From positions 1 to 64,000 of IMG/VR virus record IMGVR_UViG_3300023184_007611: DNA of 64,000 nucleotides. One strand, written 5' to 3'. A program made the position numbers and the translations under genes. The notes under the pieces were generated by a model. The model was not told the origin of the DNA, made no database searches, and was given only the letters and a program-made list of their open reading frames with translations. Origin of the DNA: a virus. Positions 18,975 to 28,680 of this stretch are shown piece after piece (positions within the stretch are counted from its first letter, which is position 1; every line of letters begins with the position of its first letter).

Positions 18975-19715
18975 ATGTTAATTTCTTATTGTACAACATG
19001 TTGCAACAGATTATGGCAATTAGCTTTATCTTTACCAGATAATTTTAAAAGATTAAATAAAAACGAAGAATTAATATTAGTAAATTATGGAAGTACAGAT
19101 AATTTAACTCGTTACATAGAATCAAGTTATGTATGTAGAAAATTAATGGATAAAAATATATTTAAATACATAGATGTTTTAGATGTAAGTAAATATCATT
19201 GTTCAAAAGCAAAAAACATAGCACATAGATTTGCAAGTGGTAAATTTTTAATTAATCTTGATGCTGACAATACTAATTATCTAATTAATAAAAGCATTTT
19301 AAGTACTAAAAATAGAAATAAAGCATTGGTTCATTTATGTTCAAATGTTTATCCAAATGGAACTTATGGAAAGATATGCATACCTAAACATATTTTTTAT
19401 AAATTAGGAGGATACGATGAGTCTCTTCTTCCAACTGCGTACCAAGATGGAGATATCATGGAAAGAGCAAGAGCTATGAATTTTGAAATTATTAGCAAGC
19501 CAATATTAGTAGATGCAATACCAAATACAATGGAAGAAAAAGTTAATCAAACAGGATTAAAAGATTGGGGTGAATGCTGGCATGCTAATAAAGCTAAATC
19601 AGATTTTAATATTTCAAAAAATAATCTAATTGCAAATAAAGATACTGGATGGGGATATGCAAAAGCAAGAATAAATTTTGGAGAATTGCAAGAATTCAAA
19701 GAAATATTTCCATAA
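18975..19715 (+). CDS. GT2/GT7C-like glycosyltransferase
   Basis: ISYCTT, VNYGSTD, AKNIAH, NLDAD, LGGYDE, YQDGD. Confidence 0.85.
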   Translation: MLISYCTTCCNRLWQLALSLPDNFKRLNKNEELILVNYGSTDNLTRYIESSYVCRKLMDKNIFKYIDVLDVSKYHCSKAKNIAHRFASGKFLINLDADNTNYLINKSILSTKNRNKALVHLCSNVYPNGTYGKICIPKHIFYKLGGYDESLLPTAYQDGDIMERARAMNFEIISKPILVDAIPNTMEEKVNQTGLKDWGECWHANKAKSDFNISKNNLIANKDTGWGYAKARINFGELQEFKEIFP

Positions 19716-19759
19716 TATTACAAGTTTTAAATAAGTATAATTTATGTTATAATAAAAAT

Positions 19760-19828
19760 ATGATTAGACATGCAAAATCAGAAGATTTTGATTACCATGG
19801 TTTGAATGCGGTTTATATGGTGAAATAA
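19760..19828 (+). pseudogene. Internally deleted 22-codon copy of GNAT gene 20996..21448
   Basis: MIRHAKSEDFD|YHGLNAVYMVK* matches both termini of the GNAT (MIRYAKPEDFD...YYGLNAVYMVKT). Confidence 0.85.
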
Positions 19829-19831
19829 TGA

Positions 19832-19867
19832 AAAAGTCTTGAATGCTAATAGACATTCAAGACTTTT
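19832..19867. terminator. Bidirectional intrinsic terminator
   Basis: aaaagtcttgaatg-N8-cattcaagactttt between convergent ORFs. Confidence 0.85.
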
Positions 19868-19876
19868 GATAATTGA

Positions 19877-20053
19877 CTAAGAAAGTTTTTTCAGTTCTTC
19901 AATAGCCTTATCAAGCAAGGCTTGTTTCTTGAAGCTGAGTTTTGTGATAGATCCGTCTTCGTTTTTGCCAGATACCCTGTAACTGACATTGATATCGTTT
20001 AAAATAACATCAAATTGATCAACCTTGCTGGTTGGTACATCTAGTATAAACAT
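19877..20053 (-). CDS. 58-aa hypothetical protein (not in ORF track)
   Basis: AAGGAG RBS; MFILDVPTSKVDQFDV...EELKKLS*. Confidence 0.75.
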   Translation of the reverse strand: MFILDVPTSKVDQFDVILNDINVSYRVSGKNEDGSITKLSFKKQALLDKAIEELKKLS

Positions 20054-20068
20054 TGTTTTCTCCTTGAA

Positions 20069-20929
20069 TTAAGAATTTAAAATAGATCTTAGAAGGTGAT
20101 TCCAACCACCATCATCACCGCCAAGAGGCAGTGCGTTATACCAATCCCAACCAAGAACATAAACAAAGCCATCACCATATGGCATCTTGGCTACAACTGT
20201 TTGATTGGCTCCATCTCCAGTATAGATGCTTACAGAATTAACTGGAAGGGTAGTTGTGTCGAGTGAATCAGTTGCACTCAAATCAGGAAGGTTAGCACTT
20301 TCATCTGGGAAAAGAATAGCTCCAGCCTCAGTAATATCAATAGGCTCAGATACTCCATTTGTTTCAAGTGACCACCCGAACAGTTCATTCAAGACATCTA
20401 TTACATCGCCATTATCTGGCTCAAACATGATGAGAGTTCCGCCACCATCGACAAAATTGGTGATTGCATTTCTAGCATCAGAGGTTAACGATGGAAGGAG
20501 ATCGTTTTCTTCAAGTTCTGGAATAATGAGCTTATCCATGTTGTCAAGATATGAAAATGTTTTGCCATCAATATCCGTGAATTTTTTATATACAATTCCA
20601 GATTCATCAAACATGGCAATTAAATTGCTTGCTTCGTGAGAACTAAAGGTTGTTTCTTCAACATAGTCAACAAAGTTGTCATTGACGAATATGTAGTTAT
20701 CACCAATGGTCTTGGTAATTCCCAGAACATCACCAAGTCTTTGTGGTTTTGAGTTGAAGGTGGTTCCATCTATAAGTTTTAGAGTTTTGGTATTTCCATA
20801 TCCGTCTACAGTTGTAATGTAACCAGTTCTCTGAATTGAGTTACTATTTAGCAAAGAAGTGTCGAGTGATCCTTCTCCGCCCTCGTTTGGTGTATTTGTT
20901 GGACTTAATTCTAATTTGTAGTTTAGCAT
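20069..20929 (-). CDS. Acidic protein: ~75-aa N-domain plus class I glutamine-amidotransferase-like (ThuA/DUF4350-like) domain
   Basis: Start at ATG 20929 with AAGGA RBS; LIIPE, AITNFVDGGGTLI, YGDGFVYVLGWDW; N-domain similar to 31919..32146. Confidence 0.7.
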   Translation of the reverse strand: MLNYKLELSPTNTPNEGGEGSLDTSLLNSNSIQRTGYITTVDGYGNTKTLKLIDGTTFNSKPQRLGDVLGITKTIGDNYIFVNDNFVDYVEETTFSSHEASNLIAMFDESGIVYKKFTDIDGKTFSYLDNMDKLIIPELEENDLLPSLTSDARNAITNFVDGGGTLIMFEPDNGDVIDVLNELFGWSLETNGVSEPIDITEAGAILFPDESANLPDLSATDSLDTTTLPVNSVSIYTGDGANQTVVAKMPYGDGFVYVLGWDWYNALPLGGDDGGWNHLLRSILNS

Positions 20930-20995
20930 AGTTCTTCCTTTACATAATTTAAAGTTTCTGCATATCAATATATATAAACAAGCTATAATAAATTT

Positions 20996-21448
20996 ATGAT
21001 TAGATATGCAAAACCAGAAGATTTTGATTTTATAGATCACATTGGAACAAGTAGTTATCCCGATAATTACTATGAGGGAAGTGAATCTTTTCGTTCTAAG
21101 ATATTGGGATATCCAGAAGGTTGTTTCGTTTGTGAGATCAACAAGGAAATAGTAGGATATATTATTTCTTTTCCTTATACTTTATGGGAATATTACCCAA
21201 TAAACGAGAATTATAAAAAAGTCGAAGATCCTGATTGTCATTACATTCATGATCTTTGTGTAGAAAAGACACATCGAGGAAAGGGATATGGAATTGCTTT
21301 GGTTGATCAAGTTTTAAGAATAAAATCAAATCCAAAAGTTCTTATGTCTGTTCTTGAATCTGAAAACTTTTGGAATAAGTTTGGATTTAAAAATCAAAAA
21401 ACGATTGATTATTATGGTTTAAATGCAGTTTACATGGTGAAAACATGA
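20996..21448 (+). CDS. GNAT-family acetyltransferase
   Basis: IVGYI, YIHDLCV...HRGKGYG, FWNKFGF. Confidence 0.9.
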   Translation: MIRYAKPEDFDFIDHIGTSSYPDNYYEGSESFRSKILGYPEGCFVCEINKEIVGYIISFPYTLWEYYPINENYKKVEDPDCHYIHDLCVEKTHRGKGYGIALVDQVLRIKSNPKVLMSVLESENFWNKFGFKNQKTIDYYGLNAVYMVKT

Positions 21449-22239
21449 AAAAATCTATATTTTTCCTTAGTGGGTTGCCAAGAAGTGGATCAACGCTACT
21501 TGGTTCTATTTTAGGTCAAAATTCAAAAATAACAGTTACACCAACAAGTCCTTTGCTGGACTTATTATGCTTGAATAACGAGGCTTTTTCTAAATTGAAC
21601 TCTAATTACACTTTTGATGTAGAAAGCGTATCTAATGGTGTTTATGGAGCTATAATTGATTCCTATTATAATCAATTTAAAACGGATATAGTATTTGATA
21701 AGCATAGAGGCTGGCCAAGAAACATAATTCCAGCAAAAATGTTTGTAAGTTCCAATCCAAAGATAATTTGTACTATCAGACCAATTAGCGAAGTTATAAC
21801 ATCGTATATAAAATTGATTATAAACAACAAGCAAGAAGATAATTTCGTTGATAACACATTGAGAAGTAAAAGATTACATATTAGCACAGAAAATAGAGCA
21901 AAGGTATTATGGGAAGAATATATTTCCGATCCATATCAAAGCACCATTCATGGAATAAAAAATCATCCAGAATGTTTGCATTTGGTTAAATATGACGATT
22001 TGGTAAAAAGCCCAATTGAAACAATGGAAAAGATATATGATTTCATTGGTTTAGATGAATATAAAAATTACAACTTCAATAATATTGATAATGTTTGTGC
22101 AGAAACTAAAGATAAAGCATGGGGCTTAGATAATCTTCATAATATCAGAAGTAAATTAGAAAAAACTAGTACAAATCCCAAAGAAATTTTGGGAGAATAT
22201 TTAACAAATTATTATAATAAATTTAACATTAACATTTAA
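21445..22239 (+). CDS. Sulfotransferase family protein
   Basis: PAPS-binding SGLPRSGSTLL; KIICTIRP; VKYDDLV. Confidence 0.88.
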   Translation: MKKSIFFLSGLPRSGSTLLGSILGQNSKITVTPTSPLLDLLCLNNEAFSKLNSNYTFDVESVSNGVYGAIIDSYYNQFKTDIVFDKHRGWPRNIIPAKMFVSSNPKIICTIRPISEVITSYIKLIINNKQEDNFVDNTLRSKRLHISTENRAKVLWEEYISDPYQSTIHGIKNHPECLHLVKYDDLVKSPIETMEKIYDFIGLDEYKNYNFNNIDNVCAETKDKAWGLDNLHNIRSKLEKTSTNPKEILGEYLTNYYNKFNINI

Positions 22240-22249
22240 AGGTTTAAAA

Positions 22250-22642
22250 ATGAGTATTATAGAAAACTTCCAATTATATTTGATTAGAAATAAAAAATTA
22301 ACAGAGCTTGACAATCAATGGAAAAATCTATTGAATTCTGGATGGAATTCTGGCCAAGGTTTTAGTATTGGCATATCTGCAAATGATATTGCATTATTAT
22401 CTGGAGCTTATGCATTGGCAAAGGAAGCTTATAATTTAGGATTACCTTTGCCAAAAATAATTGCAATTGATGATTCTATAATAACTTTTAATTCTCTGCA
22501 AGAAATGACAGCATTGATGTTGAATTATGGGAATGCAAGATCAATACTAGCAAGTTCATTTGCCACTAAAAGAAAAGCAATTCAAAATGCTGTAGTGTTA
22601 GAAGAATTAATAGCAATTGATACAAACTTGTCTATTGTTTAA
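22250..22642 (+). CDS. DUF4376-like tail-fibre-associated small protein
   Basis: Helical; C-terminal KRKAIQNA...EELIAI pattern. Confidence 0.45.
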   Translation: MSIIENFQLYLIRNKKLTELDNQWKNLLNSGWNSGQGFSIGISANDIALLSGAYALAKEAYNLGLPLPKIIAIDDSIITFNSLQEMTALMLNYGNARSILASSFATKRKAIQNAVVLEELIAIDTNLSIV

Positions 22643-24977
22643 GTTTATCTTTTAAATAACCAAGGTTCTTTAAAATTCTATCTTTTTGATTTTCTGGTAT
22701 TTTAGTTAATAATTTTTCAGTTATTTCGTATCCTTCTTTATAATGTCCAGTCCAATAACTTGAAATACTATATTCATCATCTCTGCCATAATCCCATATC
22801 CAATTTTCTGAAAATAATCCAATTTTATTTACAGGCATTGACAATGCATATGTTGCTAACATGAACGCTTGATTGTTTCTATTATTTTTTCTGCAAAAAC
22901 TAATTGCACCATGAAGTGCTTCAATTCTTTCTGGACAAATTTCATGTGCTCTTAAATAACTTTGAACAATATCATCTTCTGGATATTCAAGTTGTTCTTT
23001 TAATTTTGCAACTTGATATAAAGAAATATAAACTTCTTGATTCCAAAGTCCTAATTTAGATCTTTGATTATACCAATAAATTGCTTTTTCTTTTTCAAGC
23101 GAATCACGATAAGATTGAGCAAGATAAAATGTATATCTAGAAATCATAAATGGATCAATTTCAGTTTTTAAAGCTTCTTCAAGTAATGCACTATCATGTT
23201 GATATTTTTCTATGTTTTGATTTCTTGCAGAATCTTGTAAAGGAATATTACAAACTCTTTTTATAGTATCTCTTGTTTTAATTGGCTCATTACATTCTAA
23301 AAACTCATGTACAACACCTTTGTAATAATAAGGCATATCATTCTTTGTAATTGATGTTCTTGCGTATTCTATATTTCCAAGTTTGCAATTTATATTGTAA
23401 AGATCACAAGTTAAGTTTTCTTTTGTTTTATTAAAGTCAATGTTTTCATCATATATAAGAATTTCATCTGCATCAATCATTAATGCATAGTCAACATCTT
23501 TTATTTTTCTAATAGTTTCTAATGCTAAGCTTCTGTTGTAAGCAAAATTAATCCAAGGCTCACATGTCACCTTACCAGAAATGTTATTGTTTTTACACCA
23601 ATCATTAATAATTTGAATTGTATTATCTGTTGATCCAGTATCTGTAATACAAACATAATCAATTAATGGTTTTACGCTATTTAAGCATCTTTCAATTATT
23701 TTGCTTTCGTTTTTAACGATCATGCATAAGCCAATTTTTTTATTTTTTGAAACTTCAAAATTTAATTCTTTTGTGCCATTAGCTGTTTTTTTTGTTAAAA
23801 CACATTGTTCATCATATTCTTTTAAAGTAAAAGAATGATTATCATTTACGAATTCTTTAATTGCTTTTTCGACACCTTCGCAGTTTTTCCATTTATAATC
23901 ATCGAATAACATTTTTCCATTATCGACCATAATTGGAGCAAAATAATCTAATGTGGCTTTTGTGCCAGCATAAGTATCAGTGTCACTATGAACAAATGAA
24001 AATTTTTCATTTCCTTCGTTAAATGTATTGGGAAAAGTTCCAACTTTATAAACAATGTTATTTTCACCTAATAAATCTTTAACATCATTCAAACCACATG
24101 AGAATTCTCCATTTTTATGAAAATCTATATTAGAATCTGAAAGATCTATTCCTTTAAATGTATCGTAGCAATAATGAGTTTTATGTTTACATAATTCATG
24201 TATTAGCTTAGATGTATGACCTTTATACACTCCAATTTCTGCCGTGTGTCCTTCTAGTTCGAAAGTATCAAGTAACTCTTCGTAGACTATTTTTGTTTTA
24301 TCTAAACCATTGAAGCTATGGTGGCTCATTGAATCCCATATTTCATGAAATGTTTTTTTGTTTTTATCATTCGGTTTTTCTAACATAAACCAATCGTCTG
24401 CTTTAACTTGTTTAATGTAAGTGTATCCTTTGCTTTTTAGTAGATCCTTAATATGTGTTCGCCTTGGCTCTTCATAATTGTGTTCTAAAGAAATGCATCC
24501 AAATTTATACCTATCAAAAGGAAAAGTTCTTAATACTTCTAGTTCTACTCCTTCGATATCAATATTTAAATATTCAATAAAACTAGGTGCATTATTTGCA
24601 TCTAATATTTCATGCAGTAATTGTGTTTTAACCTTGATTATTTTGTCTACATATGGCTCCCATCCAGTATAAGCTGCCGTTCCTTTCTTTCCAAGATAGT
24701 CAGTTATGCCACTGATTTCTGGAGCTTTTGATATTGTAAAATCTAATTCTAAATCTTTTATTCCATGCAATGCAGCTTCAACAACTTTAGAGTTTGGTCT
24801 TCTGTCGAAATTTTTAGGAAATACATCTATACATATGCCATTCCATCCTAATTTTTCAAGTTTGTAAGTATTGCTTATGTGTTCACCATCGCAACATCCA
24901 GCATCGACAAAATATCCTTTTTCATAATGACTTAAAACCCAGTCATCTGCTCCTAATTGACTTATTGTTTCATTCAT
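22632..24977 (-). CDS. Multidomain FkbM methyltransferase / TylF-MycF O-methyltransferase / GT2 / TPR fusion
   Basis: FVDAG..DG...IDIEG; EIGVYKG..DTFKG..VHSDTDTY..FDDY; LCMIVKNE..DTGSTD..IDADE..GVVHE; FYLAQSY TPRs. Confidence 0.9.
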   Translation of the reverse strand: MNETISQLGADDWVLSHYEKGYFVDAGCCDGEHISNTYKLEKLGWNGICIDVFPKNFDRRPNSKVVEAALHGIKDLELDFTISKAPEISGITDYLGKKGTAAYTGWEPYVDKIIKVKTQLLHEILDANNAPSFIEYLNIDIEGVELEVLRTFPFDRYKFGCISLEHNYEEPRRTHIKDLLKSKGYTYIKQVKADDWFMLEKPNDKNKKTFHEIWDSMSHHSFNGLDKTKIVYEELLDTFELEGHTAEIGVYKGHTSKLIHELCKHKTHYCYDTFKGIDLSDSNIDFHKNGEFSCGLNDVKDLLGENNIVYKVGTFPNTFNEGNEKFSFVHSDTDTYAGTKATLDYFAPIMVDNGKMLFDDYKWKNCEGVEKAIKEFVNDNHSFTLKEYDEQCVLTKKTANGTKELNFEVSKNKKIGLCMIVKNESKIIERCLNSVKPLIDYVCITDTGSTDNTIQIINDWCKNNNISGKVTCEPWINFAYNRSLALETIRKIKDVDYALMIDADEILIYDENIDFNKTKENLTCDLYNINCKLGNIEYARTSITKNDMPYYYKGVVHEFLECNEPIKTRDTIKRVCNIPLQDSARNQNIEKYQHDSALLEEALKTEIDPFMISRYTFYLAQSYRDSLEKEKAIYWYNQRSKLGLWNQEVYISLYQVAKLKEQLEYPEDDIVQSYLRAHEICPERIEALHGAISFCRKNNRNNQAFMLATYALSMPVNKIGLFSENWIWDYGRDDEYSISSYWTGHYKEGYEITEKLLTKIPENQKDRILKNLGYLKDKLKQ

Positions 24978-25855
24978 AATTTAATTTTATCAAACACCAT
25001 TTCTGGTGTTATACCTTTCATACATGCATGTTGTGGGTTTTCGTAGGTTTGATTTTGCGGATTGTCACATAATCCCAATGAAACTCTACTCATTTTAGGA
25101 TTTTCTTTAAAGCATGGTTGACAGGTTAGTCCTAATGATATATTTTCATTGTGTAGATATCCGCTTGCTTCTGCTTGTGTAGAGCCGAAAAGTATAATAC
25201 TTTTTGTTTTGCCTTTATTACGCCAATTTATATTAGTTGTATGATTGAAAACTGAATCTAATCCAATATGTAATTTAGCCCAAGCTTGAGCAGAAACATT
25301 ATCTTCAAAAGAATCTCCGCAAAAACTTCCATCTATATTTTTTATTTGCGGATCATTTGGTCCACCAATTTGGTAAATTTCAATGTCTGGTCTTTTATAT
25401 TTTATTAAATCAATTAATTCTTGCCATCCCCACCATTCTTTGTAAAAAGACCAACCAGTTTTATTTTGAAAAGTAATATATCTTGGACTATTTCTATTTT
25501 TAATTTTTTTTGGGAAATGTGGTAAATCTAAAACAAAACTATCAAAGTCAAAATTTGTTCCCATTTCATTTGAGAAATATTGAAGTAAATGTTTTTCCAT
25601 TTTTTTATGTGGATAACCTTCATTAATTGGATACCCAATTAAATTTATAGTTTCATCAAATTGTTCTTTTTTATAATCTTCAAGAATGTGAAAGTTAACA
25701 ATTTTATTTATTTTTATAAAGTTATTTAAAATATTAAAACTATTACGGTGACAAAAATAATAAACTTCATTACTTTCTTTTAACTTTTCAATGAAGTTAA
25801 AAGTCATCATAATATCACCTAATGCACCTGGTCTAATTAAAGCTATTTTCTTCAT
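24974..25855 (-). CDS. GT9-like (heptosyltransferase-type) glycosyltransferase
   Basis: RPGALGDI, HIGLDSVFNH, ILFGST, CQPC...CMKGI. Confidence 0.82.
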   Translation of the reverse strand: MKKIALIRPGALGDIMMTFNFIEKLKESNEVYYFCHRNSFNILNNFIKINKIVNFHILEDYKKEQFDETINLIGYPINEGYPHKKMEKHLLQYFSNEMGTNFDFDSFVLDLPHFPKKIKNRNSPRYITFQNKTGWSFYKEWWGWQELIDLIKYKRPDIEIYQIGGPNDPQIKNIDGSFCGDSFEDNVSAQAWAKLHIGLDSVFNHTTNINWRNKGKTKSIILFGSTQAEASGYLHNENISLGLTCQPCFKENPKMSRVSLGLCDNPQNQTYENPQHACMKGITPEMVFDKIKL

Positions 25856-25905
25856 TTAATTTATTATAGTCAAAATTAAAATTTAATTAATTGATATATA
25901 AAATC

Positions 25906-27234
25906 ATGGAATTTAAATTATGGTTAGAATATAAAGAATCTTACGCAGAAACAGAAATTGATGTTTTCATCAAAAAAATAAAAAATATTGTTATGTCTTC
26001 TATGAATATAAAAGAAAATTATGCATCATTTTCCTTTCCTAAAAATTATGAAATTCTAATTGGATCTTTTCCAAGTAAAATGCGTCAACCTTTGTTAGCT
26101 GCCCATACTCAATATAATGGTGCCGTTATAAAAGAAGGAGAAAGAGAACCAAAAGGCAAGGGGGCGTATGAAGCTGGAGTCGAACAAGGATTAATTGTTC
26201 CTTTTGATTCACCAAAAGATGTTGATGTATTTCAAAAAGTTATTACTGATAATATTAGATTCGTAGCCAGAGACATGGGATATTTATTTGAAATAGATAC
26301 ATTCTTATATCTCCTTCAAAAGAACTTAAAAAATATATCATCTAATACTGAAGATATTAAGTTTAAAAAACAAAAATATTCTAAAAACATAGAAGGAAGA
26401 ATAAAAAACAAAATAGTTTACAATAAATTAATAGAACTAATATCTGGACATGCAGAAGATTTAGCAAGTCAAATTTACAACAGAGCAACATCAGCAGAAA
26501 TATGCAATGGTAAAATAGATCAAGTTGAATTCCTTGGTGGCGGTAGTTACGGTAGTGGAGCAAATCATGATATAGCAGATATTAAAATTGGTTGTGGCTT
26601 AGATAAAATGGGATTCTCAGTCAAATTTACTTCTGAGGCTAAAGTACCATATAGACATTTAAGTTTAATGACAACATATAAAATGCTTGGTGGTAATGAT
26701 CCTGATCAATTCGAATTCGAAGTCAAAAAAGCAGGGAAAGAAGCAGAAATTGTTATACTTCAAAATTTATATGATTTAGTAAAAAATTATAATGTAGAAG
26801 ATTTTATAAATTTATTAAACAATATATTAACATCTAACAGCTATACTTTCCCAGCAGTTAGAAATTATTTTAGAGGGGCTGGCGGTGCTCAATGGTCTGT
26901 TGGTATGCAGAGGGATTTTAATACTTCTGATACTCCTAAAACTCCTTTATCTGCCAAAGAAGGTGCTACAATTAATGTTATTGTAAACAAAACTTATGTT
27001 AAGCTTTTATATAAATTAAAAGGCGGATCTAAAAATGGCACATATATAACTTTTCATCCATATACTAGTTATAATAGTGAATCTGAAGAGCCTTTAGGTG
27101 ATAATTGGGATGTAGATCCTTGGGATGTAGATGCAAAGGCTTCAAGTAATTCATTGTCAAATTTTTCTATTGAAGTGCATGTAAATAATATAGCAACTGA
27201 TAGATTTTACAGATTTGATAAACTTAAAAAATAA
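25906..27234 (+). CDS. Hypothetical protein, possible PD-(D/E)xK nuclease, with MEFKLWLE leader
   Basis: GYLFE...ADIKI...GFSVK motif spacing; start moved to ATG 25906. Confidence 0.55.
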   Translation: MEFKLWLEYKESYAETEIDVFIKKIKNIVMSSMNIKENYASFSFPKNYEILIGSFPSKMRQPLLAAHTQYNGAVIKEGEREPKGKGAYEAGVEQGLIVPFDSPKDVDVFQKVITDNIRFVARDMGYLFEIDTFLYLLQKNLKNISSNTEDIKFKKQKYSKNIEGRIKNKIVYNKLIELISGHAEDLASQIYNRATSAEICNGKIDQVEFLGGGSYGSGANHDIADIKIGCGLDKMGFSVKFTSEAKVPYRHLSLMTTYKMLGGNDPDQFEFEVKKAGKEAEIVILQNLYDLVKNYNVEDFINLLNNILTSNSYTFPAVRNYFRGAGGAQWSVGMQRDFNTSDTPKTPLSAKEGATINVIVNKTYVKLLYKLKGGSKNGTYITFHPYTSYNSESEEPLGDNWDVDPWDVDAKASSNSLSNFSIEVHVNNIATDRFYRFDKLKK

Positions 27235-27300
27235 AATATAAACAAATAATTATTAATTTTAATAAATAATATTATAAACTATTTCTATTAAAGGAAAAAT

Positions 27301-28680
27301 ATGCAACTACAACCAAAAATCACATTCAAAGTAAAAACAATTAATTATGAGGAGCTTTACAGTACATTTTCTCCTGATGAAAACTTTAATAATATTTTGA
27401 ATAATTTAAGAAATCAAACTGTTTGGATTGAAGGTGTTGATTATTCTTTAAAGGATGGAGATGAATTCACATTATATGGTAAAGAAGCTATGTATGTTTA
27501 CAACCTTTATGTAGCTAATCAAGTGCAACCAAATATAACTTTAGAAATAATATATTTTGGACCTCCTACACCTTCTGTAATTCCTGTCACACCAATTATT
27601 GGAACAGTATGGGGCGTTGGGAACAATGGTAACGGAGAACTTGGTGACGATACAACAGATGACAGATCATCTCCAGTACAGACAATTTGCGGTGGCAGCA
27701 ATTGGGTTGAAATCAATTGTGGCTACTACAATATCGCTGGTTTGAAAGATGATGGAACGCTTTGGACTTGGGGTCAGAATGGCGATGGTGGTTTGGGAGA
27801 TAACACAACTGATGATAAATCATCACCAGTACAAACCATTTGTGGCGGAACTGATTGGAAAACAATGGTGGTCGGAACTTACTATGAACATTGTGCTGCC
27901 ATAAAGAATGATGGTACATTATGGCTTTGGGGTTATAATGAACATGGTGAAATAGGTGACGAAACAACTGATGATAGATCATCACCAGTTCAAACAGTAT
28001 GCGGTGGAACTGATTGGAAACAGATTGCTTCTGGTGGCAATCACACGGCAGCAATAAAGAACAATGGAACTCTTTGGATTTGGGGTAGGAATGGTGATGG
28101 TCAATTAGGTGATGATACAGACGAAGACAAATCATCACCTATTCAAACAGTTTGTGGCGGAACTGATTGGAAATCCGTTTCTTGTGGAGAAAAATTTACC
28201 GCAGCAATAAAAAACAATGGAACTCTTTGGACTTGGGGCGAGAACAATAATGGTCAATTGGGCGATGAAACATCTGACAACAAATCTTCTCCAATTCAAA
28301 CAATCGCTGGCGGAACTGATTGGAAGCAAATTTCTTGTGGTGACAATCACATGATTGCGATCAAGAACGATGGAACATGCTGGACTTGGGGCGAGAATAA
28401 TAATGGTCAATTAGGTGACGAAACAACAGACGATAAATCTTCACCAGTTCAAACGGTTGCATATGGAACTGATTGGAAGCAAGTTGACGGTGGACAGGAT
28501 CATTCCGCTGCAATAAAGAATGATGGAACATGTTGGGTTTGGGGCGACAATGGCAGTGGTCGATTGGGAGTAGATGATAACGACAATAGATCATCACCAG
28601 TTCAAACCATTATGGCAGACACCAACTGGTTATATGTTTCCGCTGGATATGAAACCACCTTTGGAATCAGGAAGGCTTAA
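27301..28680 (+). CDS. ~85-aa N-domain, Pro/Thr linker and acidic RCC1 beta-propeller
   Basis: Repeats GxLGDxTxDDxSSPVQT; N-domain similar to 34431..34730; AAGGA RBS. Confidence 0.92.
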   Translation: MQLQPKITFKVKTINYEELYSTFSPDENFNNILNNLRNQTVWIEGVDYSLKDGDEFTLYGKEAMYVYNLYVANQVQPNITLEIIYFGPPTPSVIPVTPIIGTVWGVGNNGNGELGDDTTDDRSSPVQTICGGSNWVEINCGYYNIAGLKDDGTLWTWGQNGDGGLGDNTTDDKSSPVQTICGGTDWKTMVVGTYYEHCAAIKNDGTLWLWGYNEHGEIGDETTDDRSSPVQTVCGGTDWKQIASGGNHTAAIKNNGTLWIWGRNGDGQLGDDTDEDKSSPIQTVCGGTDWKSVSCGEKFTAAIKNNGTLWTWGENNNGQLGDETSDNKSSPIQTIAGGTDWKQISCGDNHMIAIKNDGTCWTWGENNNGQLGDETTDDKSSPVQTVAYGTDWKQVDGGQDHSAAIKNDGTCWVWGDNGSGRLGVDDNDNRSSPVQTIMADTNWLYVSAGYETTFGIRKA

